Shown here piece after piece: positions 24,987 to 35,900 of a stretch of DNA of 64,000 bases (its first letter is position 1; every line of letters starts with the position of its first letter). A model generated the notes under the pieces. That model was not told the origin of the DNA. It saw only the letters and a list, made by a program, of their open reading frames with translations, and did no database searches. The stretch covers positions 13,084,001 to 13,148,000 of the forward strand of contig CM052816.1 of the NCBI GenBank assembly GCA_028534125.1. Reading direction: 5' to 3'. The stretch comes from Lama glama (Eukaryota). A program made the translations under genes and the position numbers.

Positions 24987-26937
24987 GTATACAGAAATCT
25001 GTTGTGTTTCTGTAAACTAAAGAAATTAAGAAAACAATTTCATTAACAATTGCATCGAAAAGAAGAAAATATCTAGGAAAACATTTAACCAAGGAGGTGA
25101 GAGACCTATACTCTGAAAGCTGTAAGACATCAATGAAAGAAATTGGAGAATGAAACAAATAAATGGAAAGAGATTCTATGTCATGGCTTGGAAGAATTAA
25201 TATTGTTGAAATGTTCATACTATCCAAAGCAACCTACAGATTCAGTGCAATCCCTGTCAAAATACTAGTGACATTTTTCACAGAACTGGAGCAAATAATC
25301 CTAAAACTTGTATGGAACCACAAAAGACCCGGAAAAGCCAAAGCAATCTGAAGAAAGAAGAGCAAAGCTGGAGGTATGACGCTTTCTGAGTTGAAACTGT
25401 ACTACAAAGCTATAGTGACCAAAATCATACGGCACTAGCACAAAAACAGACACATACATCAATGCAACAGAATCGAGAGCCCAGGAAAAAAAAACCCATA
25501 CTTACAAAAGCAATTAATTGACAACAAATGAGCTTAGAATATACAGTAGAGAAAAGTTAGTCTCTTTAATAAATGATTTGCAAAAACCGGACAGCTACAT
25601 GCAAAAGACTAAAGCTGGACCACTTTCTTACACCATATACAAAAATAAACTCAAAATGGATTAATGGCTTAAATGTAAGACCCAAAACCATCAAACTCCT
25701 AAAAGAAAATATAGGCAGTATGTTCTTTGGCATTGGTCTTAGCCTTATCTTTCTAGATCTATCTCCTTAGGCAAGGGCAACAAAAGCAAAAATAAACAAA
25801 TGGGACTATGTTAAACTAAAAAGCTTTTGCACAGTGAAGGAAACGATCAACAAAATGAAAAAGCAACCTACTGAACAGGAAAAGATATTTGCAAATGATA
25901 TGTCTGATAAGGGGTTAACATCCAAAATATATGAAAAACTCACACATCTCAACATAAAAAAAAATCCAATTTTTAAATGGGCTCAGACTTTTTCCCAAGG
26001 AAGATATAGAAATGTCCAACAGACACATGAAAAGATGCTCAACATTATTAATCATGAGAGAAATGCAGATGAAAACTATGATGAGGTAACACTTCACACC
26101 TCTCAGAATGGCTGTTATCAAAAAGACAACAAACAAGTGTTGGCAATGATAGAGACAAAAGGAACCATTGTGCATTGTTGGAAGAGTAAATTGGTGCAGC
26201 CAATATGGAAAACAGTATGGATACTCCTCGAAAAATTGAAAGGAGAACTAGTATATAATCCAGCAATTCCACTTCTGGGTATTTATCTAAAGAAAATAAA
26301 AACATTAATTGGAAAAAATATATGCTATGGTCATAGTGGCATTATTTACAATAGCCAACATATGGAAGCAACCTAAGTGCCCACTGAGAGATGAATGATT
26401 CAAGAAGATGTGGTGTGTATATATATATATATATACACACACACACAATGGAGTACTACTCAGCTATAAAAAAAGAATGAAATCTTGCCACTTGTGACAT
26501 CATGGATGGACCTAAAGGGTAGTGTGCTAAGTGAAATAAATCAGACAGAGAATGACAAATACTGTATGATTTCACTCATATGTGGAATTGAAAAAAAAAA
26601 CACAAATGAGCAAACAAAATTAAACAGAAACAGACTCATAAATGCAAAGAACAAACTGGTGGTTGCCAGAGTGGAGGGGAGTAGGGCTTGGGCAAAATGG
26701 GTGAAGGAGATTAAGGAGCAATCTTCCAGTTATAAAATAAGTTACATCCATGGGGATGTAGTGCACAGCATAGGAAATATGGTCAATACTAATGTAATAA
26801 CTTTGCTTGATGAGAGATGGTTACTAGACCTTTCACGGAGATCAGTTCGTAATGTATGTAAATGTTGAATCACCATGCTGTCACCTGAAACGAATATAAT
26901 AGTGTATGACAACTATATTTCATTGAAAAGAAAAAGA
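24987..26937 (+). mobile_element. 5'-truncated L1: decayed ORF2 C-terminal part plus 3' UTR
   Basis: ORF2 peptides '[28 protein letters not shown]', '[16 protein letters not shown]', '[13 protein letters not shown]' split by stops/frameshifts; A-rich end at ~26930. Confidence 0.95.
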
Positions 26938-27540
26938 ATGTTTACAGCAGCATTTTTTGTAATAGGGAAAAAACCTGGGAACTACACAAATATTCCTCAA
27001 CAATAAAATGGACAAATACTGTGGACTATTCATTCAGTGCAACACCATACAGCAAGGAGAAGAAATAAACGTCTGCTCCACACTGCAGCAGGGGTGAATC
27101 TCTGAAACAAGAAAGCATATGGTTGACTAAAAGAAGCCAGAACACTAAAGAGCACATACTGCATAATCTGCGTAATTCCGTTTATATAAATTCAGAAGCA
27201 GAATTTATTGTAATAGAAGTCAAAAGAGCAGTTCTCTTTGGGTGGAGTGGGGATTCATCTGGCTTGCTGAAAACGTTCTGTATTTTTATCTGGGGGGTGG
27301 TTAAAACAATGACTTCACTTTTCAAAAACTAATCTTATATAGAAGTCAGAATAGTGAAAATAATGATTTTAAAGGGAAACAAGGAAGCTTCCGGGGGCTG
27401 GTGAAGTTACTTCCGTATGTTGATCTGGGTGGTGGTTACATGGGGGCCATTCACTTTGAAACATACATCGAGCTATTCACGGACGGTTTCTGCTCCTTCA
27501 CGTGTCGATTTTTTATGTCAATAAATCTTTACTTCAAAAG
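26938..27540 (+). mobile_element. older L1M(C/E) 3' fragments
   Basis: 'aatgtttacagcagcattttttgtaatag...aaaagaagccagaacac...atagaagtcagaatagtg...tgatctgggtggtggttacatggg'. Confidence 0.65.
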
Positions 27541-27949
27541 CTTTTTCTGTGTTTGGGAGAGAGGGGGGAGTAAAGCCCTAACTGATAAGGTCGGACCATC
27601 CTCATCGGTGGTAAGGATAACAGGAAGCATTTATTGAGCGTGTAGCACGTGCCAAGCGCTGTGCTAAGTACTTTTACATGGATGCTCTTGAAAAAGACAA
27701 GCGTGTGTGTCCCAGACCCCCAGTCATATATACCCTTGGAAAACTGCCTCCTGTCCACCCGCCCAGTGGATTCACTGTCAGCCTCTCAGGCGCAACAGAA
27801 GGATGCTGTGAACTGGCTTTTCCTCCAGGACTGAGGAGGGGTGGCTGTGTTTGCCTTGGATCACAGGGAACTGCTGTGGCCGGCACTCGCTGGATTTCCT
27901 GTAACTGGAAAAGGGTGATGTCATGTGCTCGCCCAGGGTGGAAAACAGG

Positions 27950-28610
27950 CCTCACCATGAGAAGTGCGTGAAGCCCCGCCTGGCCTGCCAGGCCCCAGGC
28001 AGGCCCTCGGGCGCCCGGCCGGCCGCGCGCCCCTGGCACACAGCCCTCATCCCACACCTCCCCGCCGAGCCCCCCGGAGACCGCGCGCGCCCCTGCAAAG
28101 CCCGCGACGGAAAGCATGGGCCCGGCCCGCGTTCCTTCCCAGGCCTGCCTTTCCCCCAGGCCTCGGGCTGCCTCACGGCCAGCCGTTCCCCGCTCTGAGC
28201 TCGAAGGGCAGGTGGGGCATTCTGCTCGGAGAAACTCTGCAGAGGGTTTTCGGAGGCCTCGTGGTGCCCGACTAGGTGTCTGCATTCCTTCAAGACTGTA
28301 AATAAAGTCCAGCGGCAGGAGGCGGCGAGGTGCCCGGAGGCGGGGAGCGCCGTAGCCTCGGCCTCCTTCTGAGGGTGCGGAGGAGCAGGAGCCGCGCTCG
28401 GGAGCGGAGGCCCTCAGCTCCCCTCGGAAGGGCGAGCGTGCCGCCGGGCAGCCGGTGGGGGGGGGGGGGGAACCCGGGCACTGATGACAAGACTCCGCGC
28501 TCCACCTTCGGCCAGCCCCCCGCCTGAGCAGCTGCCTTCCTCCGCCGCCTTCCAGAGTGGTTCCAAGAGCGCCTGTCTTCCCAAGAAGGCCTCGGGTGCC
28601 TAATACAAGT
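27950..28610. promoter_or_regulatory. CpG island, probable promoter/enhancer
   Basis: Abrupt GC- and CpG-rich unique segment (cgcgcgcgc, ggccggccgcgcg), GC boxes (ccccgcc, ggcgggg), forkhead/TATA-like 'tgtaaataaag' near 28297, G14 run 28457-28470. Confidence 0.85.
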
Positions 28611-28944
28611 TTTACCAGGATTTCTAGAAAAATCACCAGCCCTCAAAGATTCTCCTCGGCCAGTAACTTTCCTCTGGGTTCCCTCCGTTTCTACCGCATT
28701 GACCTGACCCGCTCCCATCACTGATCCACGTCTATGCTTTTTGCTCACCCATCTATTGGCTCGCTCGCTCTCTCACTCAATACATGTTTATTGGCTACCT
28801 ACTATGTGCTTGCCTACTTCCTGCTCGCCTGCTATGTGCTCTGGGGCGTCAGCTATGAACAAGAAACGTTCTTCTTCTCTTTCCTACGTCACACAGTTAA
28901 GTGTTCCCAATTCAATTTTTATATGTACCCTTATGTCTAGATGG

Positions 28945-29165
28945 CATTTATTGAGTACCTACTGTGTGCCAATGTACTGTTCTAACCACTTCACACATTA
29001 TCATTTAATTACTCCTCACTGTACTCCAAGGAGAAACTTCAACATTGTAGATGAGGAAACTGAGACAGAAGAATGAAAAATAATCTCCTTTAGGTCTCCT
29101 AGCTCTTAAGTGACACAGCTGGGACCTAAGCCAGGCAATCTTACTCCACAGTCCATGCTCTTACC
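28945..29165 (-). mobile_element. MIR SINE
   Basis: 'catttattgagtacctactgtgtgcca...agatgaggaaactgagacaga'. Confidence 0.8.
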
Positions 29166-30301
29166 AACTTAATATGTCTATACAGATGAGTAGGGAAAAA
29201 ATGTGGGCATCCATAACCAAATATCAAAATTGTATTGTTTGGAGGGAAGGCAAGGGTAGAATGACTGGTGATCTGTATTTCAGTCTTGCCATATATTCTG
29301 TATTCTCATTCATTTTCATTCATTCTGTCTCTCTCCCTTCTTCTCCTATCTGCCCCTTCTCCCCCCTCTGCCCATCCCCTGTCTCTCTCTGATTCTATTT
29401 TACTAGTGTGATGAGAAAAGATTGGTGAGGTTATAAAAGCATTGAAAGAGCCAGTTTCTAGGAGTGTAGCCATGGAGGTGGCGACTGAAGGGCAGGAGCC
29501 CGCGTTCGGGTTGAGGTCTGACAGAAAAAGACATCTTTCCTCAGAAAGTACCGTACCAGAAGGAGATGCATCTTGACCTCAGAATTCTTTCAGCTCCTCT
29601 GCTCAGCCTAGCAGCCTTTTGGGTGACATTGCCTGGTGTTTGCAAATAGGAAGATTCTAAAGTAGGCAGGATTTTGAGTGGCCACGCCAGCCGTGTGAGA
29701 ACAACGTGTGCCCTGGGGACAAACATGTTGCATAATCACCAGCCCAGAGAAGGTTAACTCTACAAAAATACCTGCTTCGGAGGAAGGCTTGGTGTCAACT
29801 CAGTCACTATAACAAGTTACCACTGACCTAGGCTGCAGATGCCTTCTTGCCCTAACCATTCCCCTGCTGTGAAATCAACAGTCGCCAAACAGTTATTCTT
29901 CTCTCAGTGACATTTTCTTATTCCGATGTCAGTAAGTTTATTTACCGCAATAAAGGATGCGTGTGTTTCATTTGCTCAGAGGAAAGAGCACATAATTACT
30001 CAACATTCATGTTGTGGCCAGTATTTTTGCCCTTTAGGTCATTTAACCTTCCAAGCAAATGTATACAGTAGGATGTAACCACCCCAACTTTATAGATGAG
30101 GAAACTGAACAATGGAAGGGTTAAATAACTCATCCTAGAGCACTTTTCCGGGTGATGATCTGATAATCAGAAAAGATCAATCTTTGAAAAATCGATGAGA
30201 AAAATGTTGGAACAGAATAAAATGCATCGCCAGTTCATCCACATGGATGTTGAAAATGAAGGGTTTTGTGGAGGACACCCAATCCTTCACGAATTCGTTT
30301 G

Positions 30302-30672
30302 TTTTTTTAATCGAAGTGTAGTTGTTTTGCAATGGTCTGCTAGTTTCTGGGATTCAGCATCGTGATTCAGTTACGTGTATTACATATATTCCTTTTCAGA
30401 TTCTTTTCCATTATAGGCTACTACAAAATATTCCCTGTGCTACACAGTGGGACCTTGTTTATCTATTTTATGTATAGTGGTGTGTATCTGCTAATGCCAG
30501 ACTCCTGATTTATCCCTCCCCAACCCCTTTTCCCTTTGGTGACCGTAAGTTTGTTTTCTATGTCTGTGAGTCTATTTCTATTTTGTAAACACGTTCATTT
30601 GTGTCATTTTTTTAGATTCCACATACAAGGAGTATTGTTAACGATATTTGTCTTTCTCTGTCTGACTTAGTT
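30302..30672 (-). mobile_element. 5'-truncated L1 3' UTR
   Basis: 'gaagtgtagttg...ttcttttccattatagg...ccctgtgctacacagt...taagtttgttttctatgtctgtgagtc...tttagattccacata'. Confidence 0.85.
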
Positions 30673-30739
30673 CAGTAGACCTGAAACCCTGTTTGATTAC
30701 CTAATGATGTATTTTGGCATGGCTCCGCATGGTTCGGTT

Positions 30740-31330
30740 GTGTTGGGCAGTTGTATTTTATTCCAAGTACAATGGGAAACCGTTGAAAGATTTTGGGCAG
30801 AGGATGGACCTGAGCTGATCTGTGTTTACAGCTCATTCTGGGAGCTGAGGGAATAATGGACTGAGTGTCTGTCTTCCCCACTGGACAGTACACGCTATTC
30901 TTGTTTGCTATTGATAAACTGATAACTGTCTGCGCCCATTCAAGTGTCAGCTCTGTGGGAATAAGGACCTTGTCTATATTTTCACTCCTCTGTCACTAGA
31001 GGCTGGAACAGTATGTGGCCCAGAGTAGGCTCCCAGTAAATGTGTGTTGAGTGAATAAATGAATGAAGGAATGAATACAAGGACAAGTGAAAGAATGACA
31101 TATCACACAAGGAACATAAAGGGCGGTAGGCGCTGTGAGAGAAGGCGTAGAGGGCCATGAAAGCATAGAATAGAATGAGACTGAGGGTGGGGAGGGTGAT
31201 CATGGTTGTAGTCTGAGTGAAGAGAAGTGGGTTCAAGGCATACTGATGACATAAAATGAGTAGGACTTGCTGATGCACTTGATACGGAAGCTGGGGGACG
31301 GCACTGCCTGAGAAGGTGAGATTCATTTTC
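30740..31330. mobile_element. L2 fragments in both orientations
   Basis: 'aagattttgggcagagg...gatctgtgttt', 'agtaggctcccagtaaatgtgtgttgagtgaataaatgaatgaa', 'gagaagtgggttcaaggcatac...taggacttgctgatg'. Confidence 0.6.
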
Positions 31331-31729
31331 TCAGCCCTCCAACCCAGACATCCTATTCAGTTCAGCTCAATTCAAGATGAATGAGTGACTGTTTTCCGAG
31401 TTGTTTATTAACTGTAGAGAAAAGCTGCAGATCGACAAGCGTGATTTTTCTAAATAGTGAGATTCTCTCCCTCAAAATTAGGGAGATAAGAGTGGTTATT
31501 TGCGAAGTATCTACAGGAATCAGTTGGTAGCAGTCTCTATGATGCTTTCTTCAGCACCCACCCCACCCTCTTAATCTCCTGATATTTCTATAAGGTTTCC
31601 ATGGCTAGGTTTCCATGACACCACGGCAGTCAGTTTCATCCATTCTCTCAAAAAAAAAAAATAATAATGGTCAGGAAGAAAAAGCCTTTTCCTGTACCGG
31701 AATAAATGCACCCACTCTCCACTCCCAAG

Positions 31730-31798
31730 ACACACGCGCGCACGCACACACACACACACACATGCACACAGGCACACACGCGGGTGCCCACACACACA
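31730..31798. repeat. (CA)n/(CG)n microsatellite
   Basis: Alternating purine-pyrimidine tract. Confidence 0.9.
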
Positions 31799-33114
31799 CC
31801 ATTGTTCCTAGCATAGAACTAGATACACAGATATTTACAACTATCGATTGGTTTGCCTACTTGGGTTGAAATAGCTTTCATGTCTTATAGACTTTTATGG
31901 ATCATCTGATTAACATTTATAAAGAGCAATTTCCAAGTGAAGTGTTCTTCCACTCTGAACGCTGAAAGTGATTCCCTTGAGATCGGTTGCTGAAGGCAGA
32001 CGCTACTGTTTTACAGATGACAAATAAAATTCCTCTCATCTTACCATCCTCCAAGACCTGCTGTTATTTTATTATCTTGCTTTCAAAGCTTGCAGTAGAG
32101 GAGATTATTTTCATACATGTCTGTGAAGCAGTGATGCTCCTTCCCCTCAACCTCCCGTTCAGAATTGGCTGGCTAGACGGCCCTCCTGAGCTTGCTCACT
32201 AATGGGTTGGGTTTTGTTGCCATGTCTCTGTCTTTGACGTGAATGTGCTAGAAGAGCTTAAAGAGGGTTTATTCACAAGTCTCAGGAGGTCCTTGTCCAT
32301 ATCCAAGACGAGCCCTTGTGCACCCAGTGGGCTGTTGAACCCCTGCCATGGCGGATGATGGATGCATATCTCTGTCCGTATTTCCAAGTCATAAAGCTAG
32401 GATGAAAAAGAAAATAGAATGTGGTCTCTACCACTTCAGGCTTCCTTCCTTGACTGTAGCATGTTGACTTTTCTTGGATGGGTGCCACTCAACAGGGTGG
32501 ACAATTCTTGTGAAAACAGTTGAGAGACTGTAGTATCTTCTGCAAGGTGGCAGCCACATAAAACACGACTTCATTATCAAAACTCTTTGGGAGTAAAATA
32601 ATAGAGTAGGCATACAAGGGGCTCTCTGACACCAAAGATGTTGTTCTGGGGTCTCAGAAATGTCCACACTCATTGCCATGGTTCTGACTCACTTGGCAAC
32701 ACATCCCATTTGTGTTGCTTTTCCCATTCATCTCCGTAAGTGTGAGATTCCACTGGCTCTACAAGCACAACAAAAACCCAAACCAGGCACTCAACTAGGA
32801 TAGCCTTGTGGGTCCAGCTGGGAATTCTGTACCATCTCGATGTCCGTAGGGTAGTCATGTACGTTCACGTGTCCTTGTTGCATAAAGGAGCTCTGTGATG
32901 GACAGAGCACAAAAATAAATGAATGTTTATTAAAAAAAAACTCTTTGGAAATTGTTCTGCCATGGTTGTGCCCAGAACCCTGAATAAGAATATGAGACAA
33001 TGTTAAGGGACAGGAGTCTAAAATATAACACAGTCCCCAGCGGCTTTTGGACATATATTTTCTTTTTGTTTCTCTTGTGTGTAATGTGTATTGGGGATGA
33101 GGGAAGGGAAGTAT

Positions 33115-33327
33115 TTTATTTTATTTTATTTTTTATATAAGTGTAGTTGATTTACAATGTTAGTTTCAGGTGTACAGCAAAGCGATTCAGTTATACAGAT
33201 ACATACATATGTTTTCAGCTTCTTTTCCATTATAGCTCATTACAAGAAACTGAATATAATTCTCTGGGCTATACAGTAGGTCATTGTTGTTTATCTGTTT
33301 TATATATAATAATGTGTATCTGTTAAC
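33115..33327 (-). mobile_element. short L1 3' UTR
   Basis: 'aagtgtagttgatttacaatgttagtttcaggtgtacagcaaagcgattcagttatac...gtgtatctgttaa'. Confidence 0.85.
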
Positions 33328-33389
33328 TACGAGTTTGGGAGGGGAAGCATTTATTTTTATCATGCTTAGAACTCCTCAAAGTTTTCCCT

Positions 33390-34000
33390 TTGCACTGTTT
33401 CTTGCTACAGCTTACAGTGCTGTGCATGGTCTGAGCCCTGCTTTTTTCTCGTTTTACGCTCACTTGACCCAGTTTCTCTGTGGTCCAGCCTCCTGCCATT
33501 TTTTTCAATTCCTGAACACCATCATTTTCCCTCCCATCCCAGAGCCTTTGGACATAGAGCATTGCTGGACAAGTCACACCACATACACGTGCGCACCCAC
33601 ACACATATACTCACAAATCGCATACCCTCATCAATCACAAAACATCTTCTACCCAGTTAACTCTCCGCCATCCTTCATATCTTAATTCCAGCACCACTTC
33701 TGTAGGGAAGCCTACTGTGACCCTCCCATGTTAGATTAGGTTCTTCTCTTAAATGTTGCTGTAGAACTTAGTCTTTTCCTTTAGAGTACATGACTCAGTT
33801 GGCCGTTTTGTAACGATTTGGGTAATTCTTCATCATTGGCGGTCTCCACCCTAGATTTTGTAAGCCCTGTGTGAATAGAAACTGGATCTGCTTTTGCTCA
33901 CCACTGGATCCTCTGCCTCATACACAGAGCCTGGCACATTGTTGGCTTGCAGTTAATATTGGATGGAGGGATGGATGGATGGATGGATGGATGGATGGAT
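33390..34000 (+). mobile_element. L2 3' portion ending in (GGAT)n
   Basis: 'ccagagcctttggacat...caccacttctgtagggaagcct...ctagattttgtaagccc...cagagcctggcacat' followed by ggat repeats. Confidence 0.7.
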
Positions 34001-35279
34001 ACACCTGAGTGTGTGTGTATGTCTTTCAGGGAATGAGAATATTGCTAATGTGACTTGCAGAATAAAATTTGGTTCTCTTTAATACCGGCTAGTCTGATAA
34101 ACAAAGTAGAAATGACAGTACTCTTCTTATGAATCAAATTCTTTGCAAATTCTGCTTACAGAATCAGCATTCACTCAGTCACATAAACACCATGAATGAT
34201 TCATGTGCCTCTAGTTAGCATTCAAGGAAGAAAAATCTATTTATACGACTTACAAATATTGTATAAATACCATGCCTTGTTAACTTTGCATCTGTGTTCA
34301 TTTCCGCTTAATCACAGAAACAGCAATTACTCCTCTCTAATACCATTAACAACCTCCTAATGTGCCAGAGATAAATTACTCAATAAACAAACATTTAAAA
34401 ACATTAGCAGCGACCAATTGTAATGTTGCACACCCTGGCCAGTCAGCAGCAGTCGCTTCACTTTGTTGTTCCCTTCCCTCTCCTCCTCCCCACCGTGGAG
34501 CAGCCTGTGGAATTTGGGACAGCTCCAGAGAGATAGGATGCAGAGTCTAAATGCGTACACCCAAGCTTAAGGAGAATGACATGGGAAGGCCCCATCACCC
34601 CCTGCTGACTGGCACATTGCAGCTGGGAATGCATTTTTGATTGTGTACCAGATAATTCAAATAGTTGGAGAATGGAGAAAGGTTGAGAAAAAGCACGTGG
34701 GGAATCAGAGAGCTTAAAATAGTCAAGATTGCATACCACGGCCAGGTTTGAATTCTAGCTACTCACGGTTCATGCCTACCCAAAAGCTGGCTGAGGGAGA
34801 AATGGGCATAGTATAATTCTGCTGGTAAAAATTACATTTAAAAATAGAAACCAAGACCTTTTAGAATTCCCTTATACTTTGGCTTCCAAGTCTGTAGTCT
34901 AGTCATGCCTGAAGGGTCCAACACCCATGGAATCATGGGAAATGGGCTTTGTGTTTCACGAAAAATGCCCTCTTCCAGGATATATTCTAGAAGGACTGTG
35001 GTGATTAGTTCAAAGGCAAGAGATATCAAATGCCCACAATGTAACTTTGAATTGTAGCTTCCATTTCCGTTTAAAATTTGTCACACTTAAAATAACTAAG
35101 TTTTTAAAGCTTGAATTAATTTGCATAGATTTGCATCATAGAAATCATTCTCCTAAATTGATCATTTGGGGTGTTTTTTTAAAAAATAAAAGTAAGATAT
35201 GCTTATTGAGCTATATATCCATGTATAAATATATAGACATCCATATAGATATATAATATGGATATCTACATTAAATAGT

Positions 35280-35900
35280 ACAGATATTTATCATTTAAAA
35301 AGTAAAAGTTTTTCATTTTCTCCTCCTGCTGTGTATCATGTCTCACTCCCCAGAGATACCCAGTGCTAACAATTCGATACATTTCCTTGATTTTTACGCG
35401 AATAGAAACCTATCATACATACCATTCTGCAGCCTACTTTGTCTTTAAAACCTATTTTCAATGTTCCACTGGGGGAAGTTGGATGAAGGGTACACAAGAT
35501 TTAGTGCTCTATTTTTACACCTTCTCTTGAGTCCATAAATATTTCAGAATAGAATATTTTTTTAAAAGCTGTAAACTTTTCACTTTTAAAAAATGTATCT
35601 TAGTTATAGTGCCACTTCAATGCATTGCAAGTACGTCATGCTGTTGAAAGCTTAAGTAGTATTTTATTGTTAGGGTATAGGATAATTATTTTTGCTAGCC
35701 TCCTGTTGGTAGAAATTTAGGTTGTTATCCAGTTTTTTGATATTGCAGTAATGATGCCATGGACACCCTTGTCCTTTTATCTCTACCTGAGATACAGTTT
35801 GATGGGCTACGCCTCTCACTTGTTTTGGTTCTTCTTCCATAGGAGGTATATATCTAAACTTTACAGTCTCCGGTAACTGTATCCAGGAGAATTTTTGTAT
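35280..35900 (-). mobile_element. old L1M fragments
   Basis: 'cactccccagagatacccagtgctaaca...tttaggttgttatccagttttttgatattgc'; inner + strand L1MC-like end at ~35466-35560. Confidence 0.55.

Noticed and set aside
25163..26868. ORFs as host genes or an active retroelement
   Set aside because: Fragmented L1 ORF2/3' UTR with stops and frameshifts; 5'-truncated.
27674..28636. 320-aa minus-strand ORF (longest in window)
   Set aside because: Overlaps the CpG island; G/R/A/P-rich, non-ATG start, no recognisable domain; stop codons are rare in GC-rich DNA.
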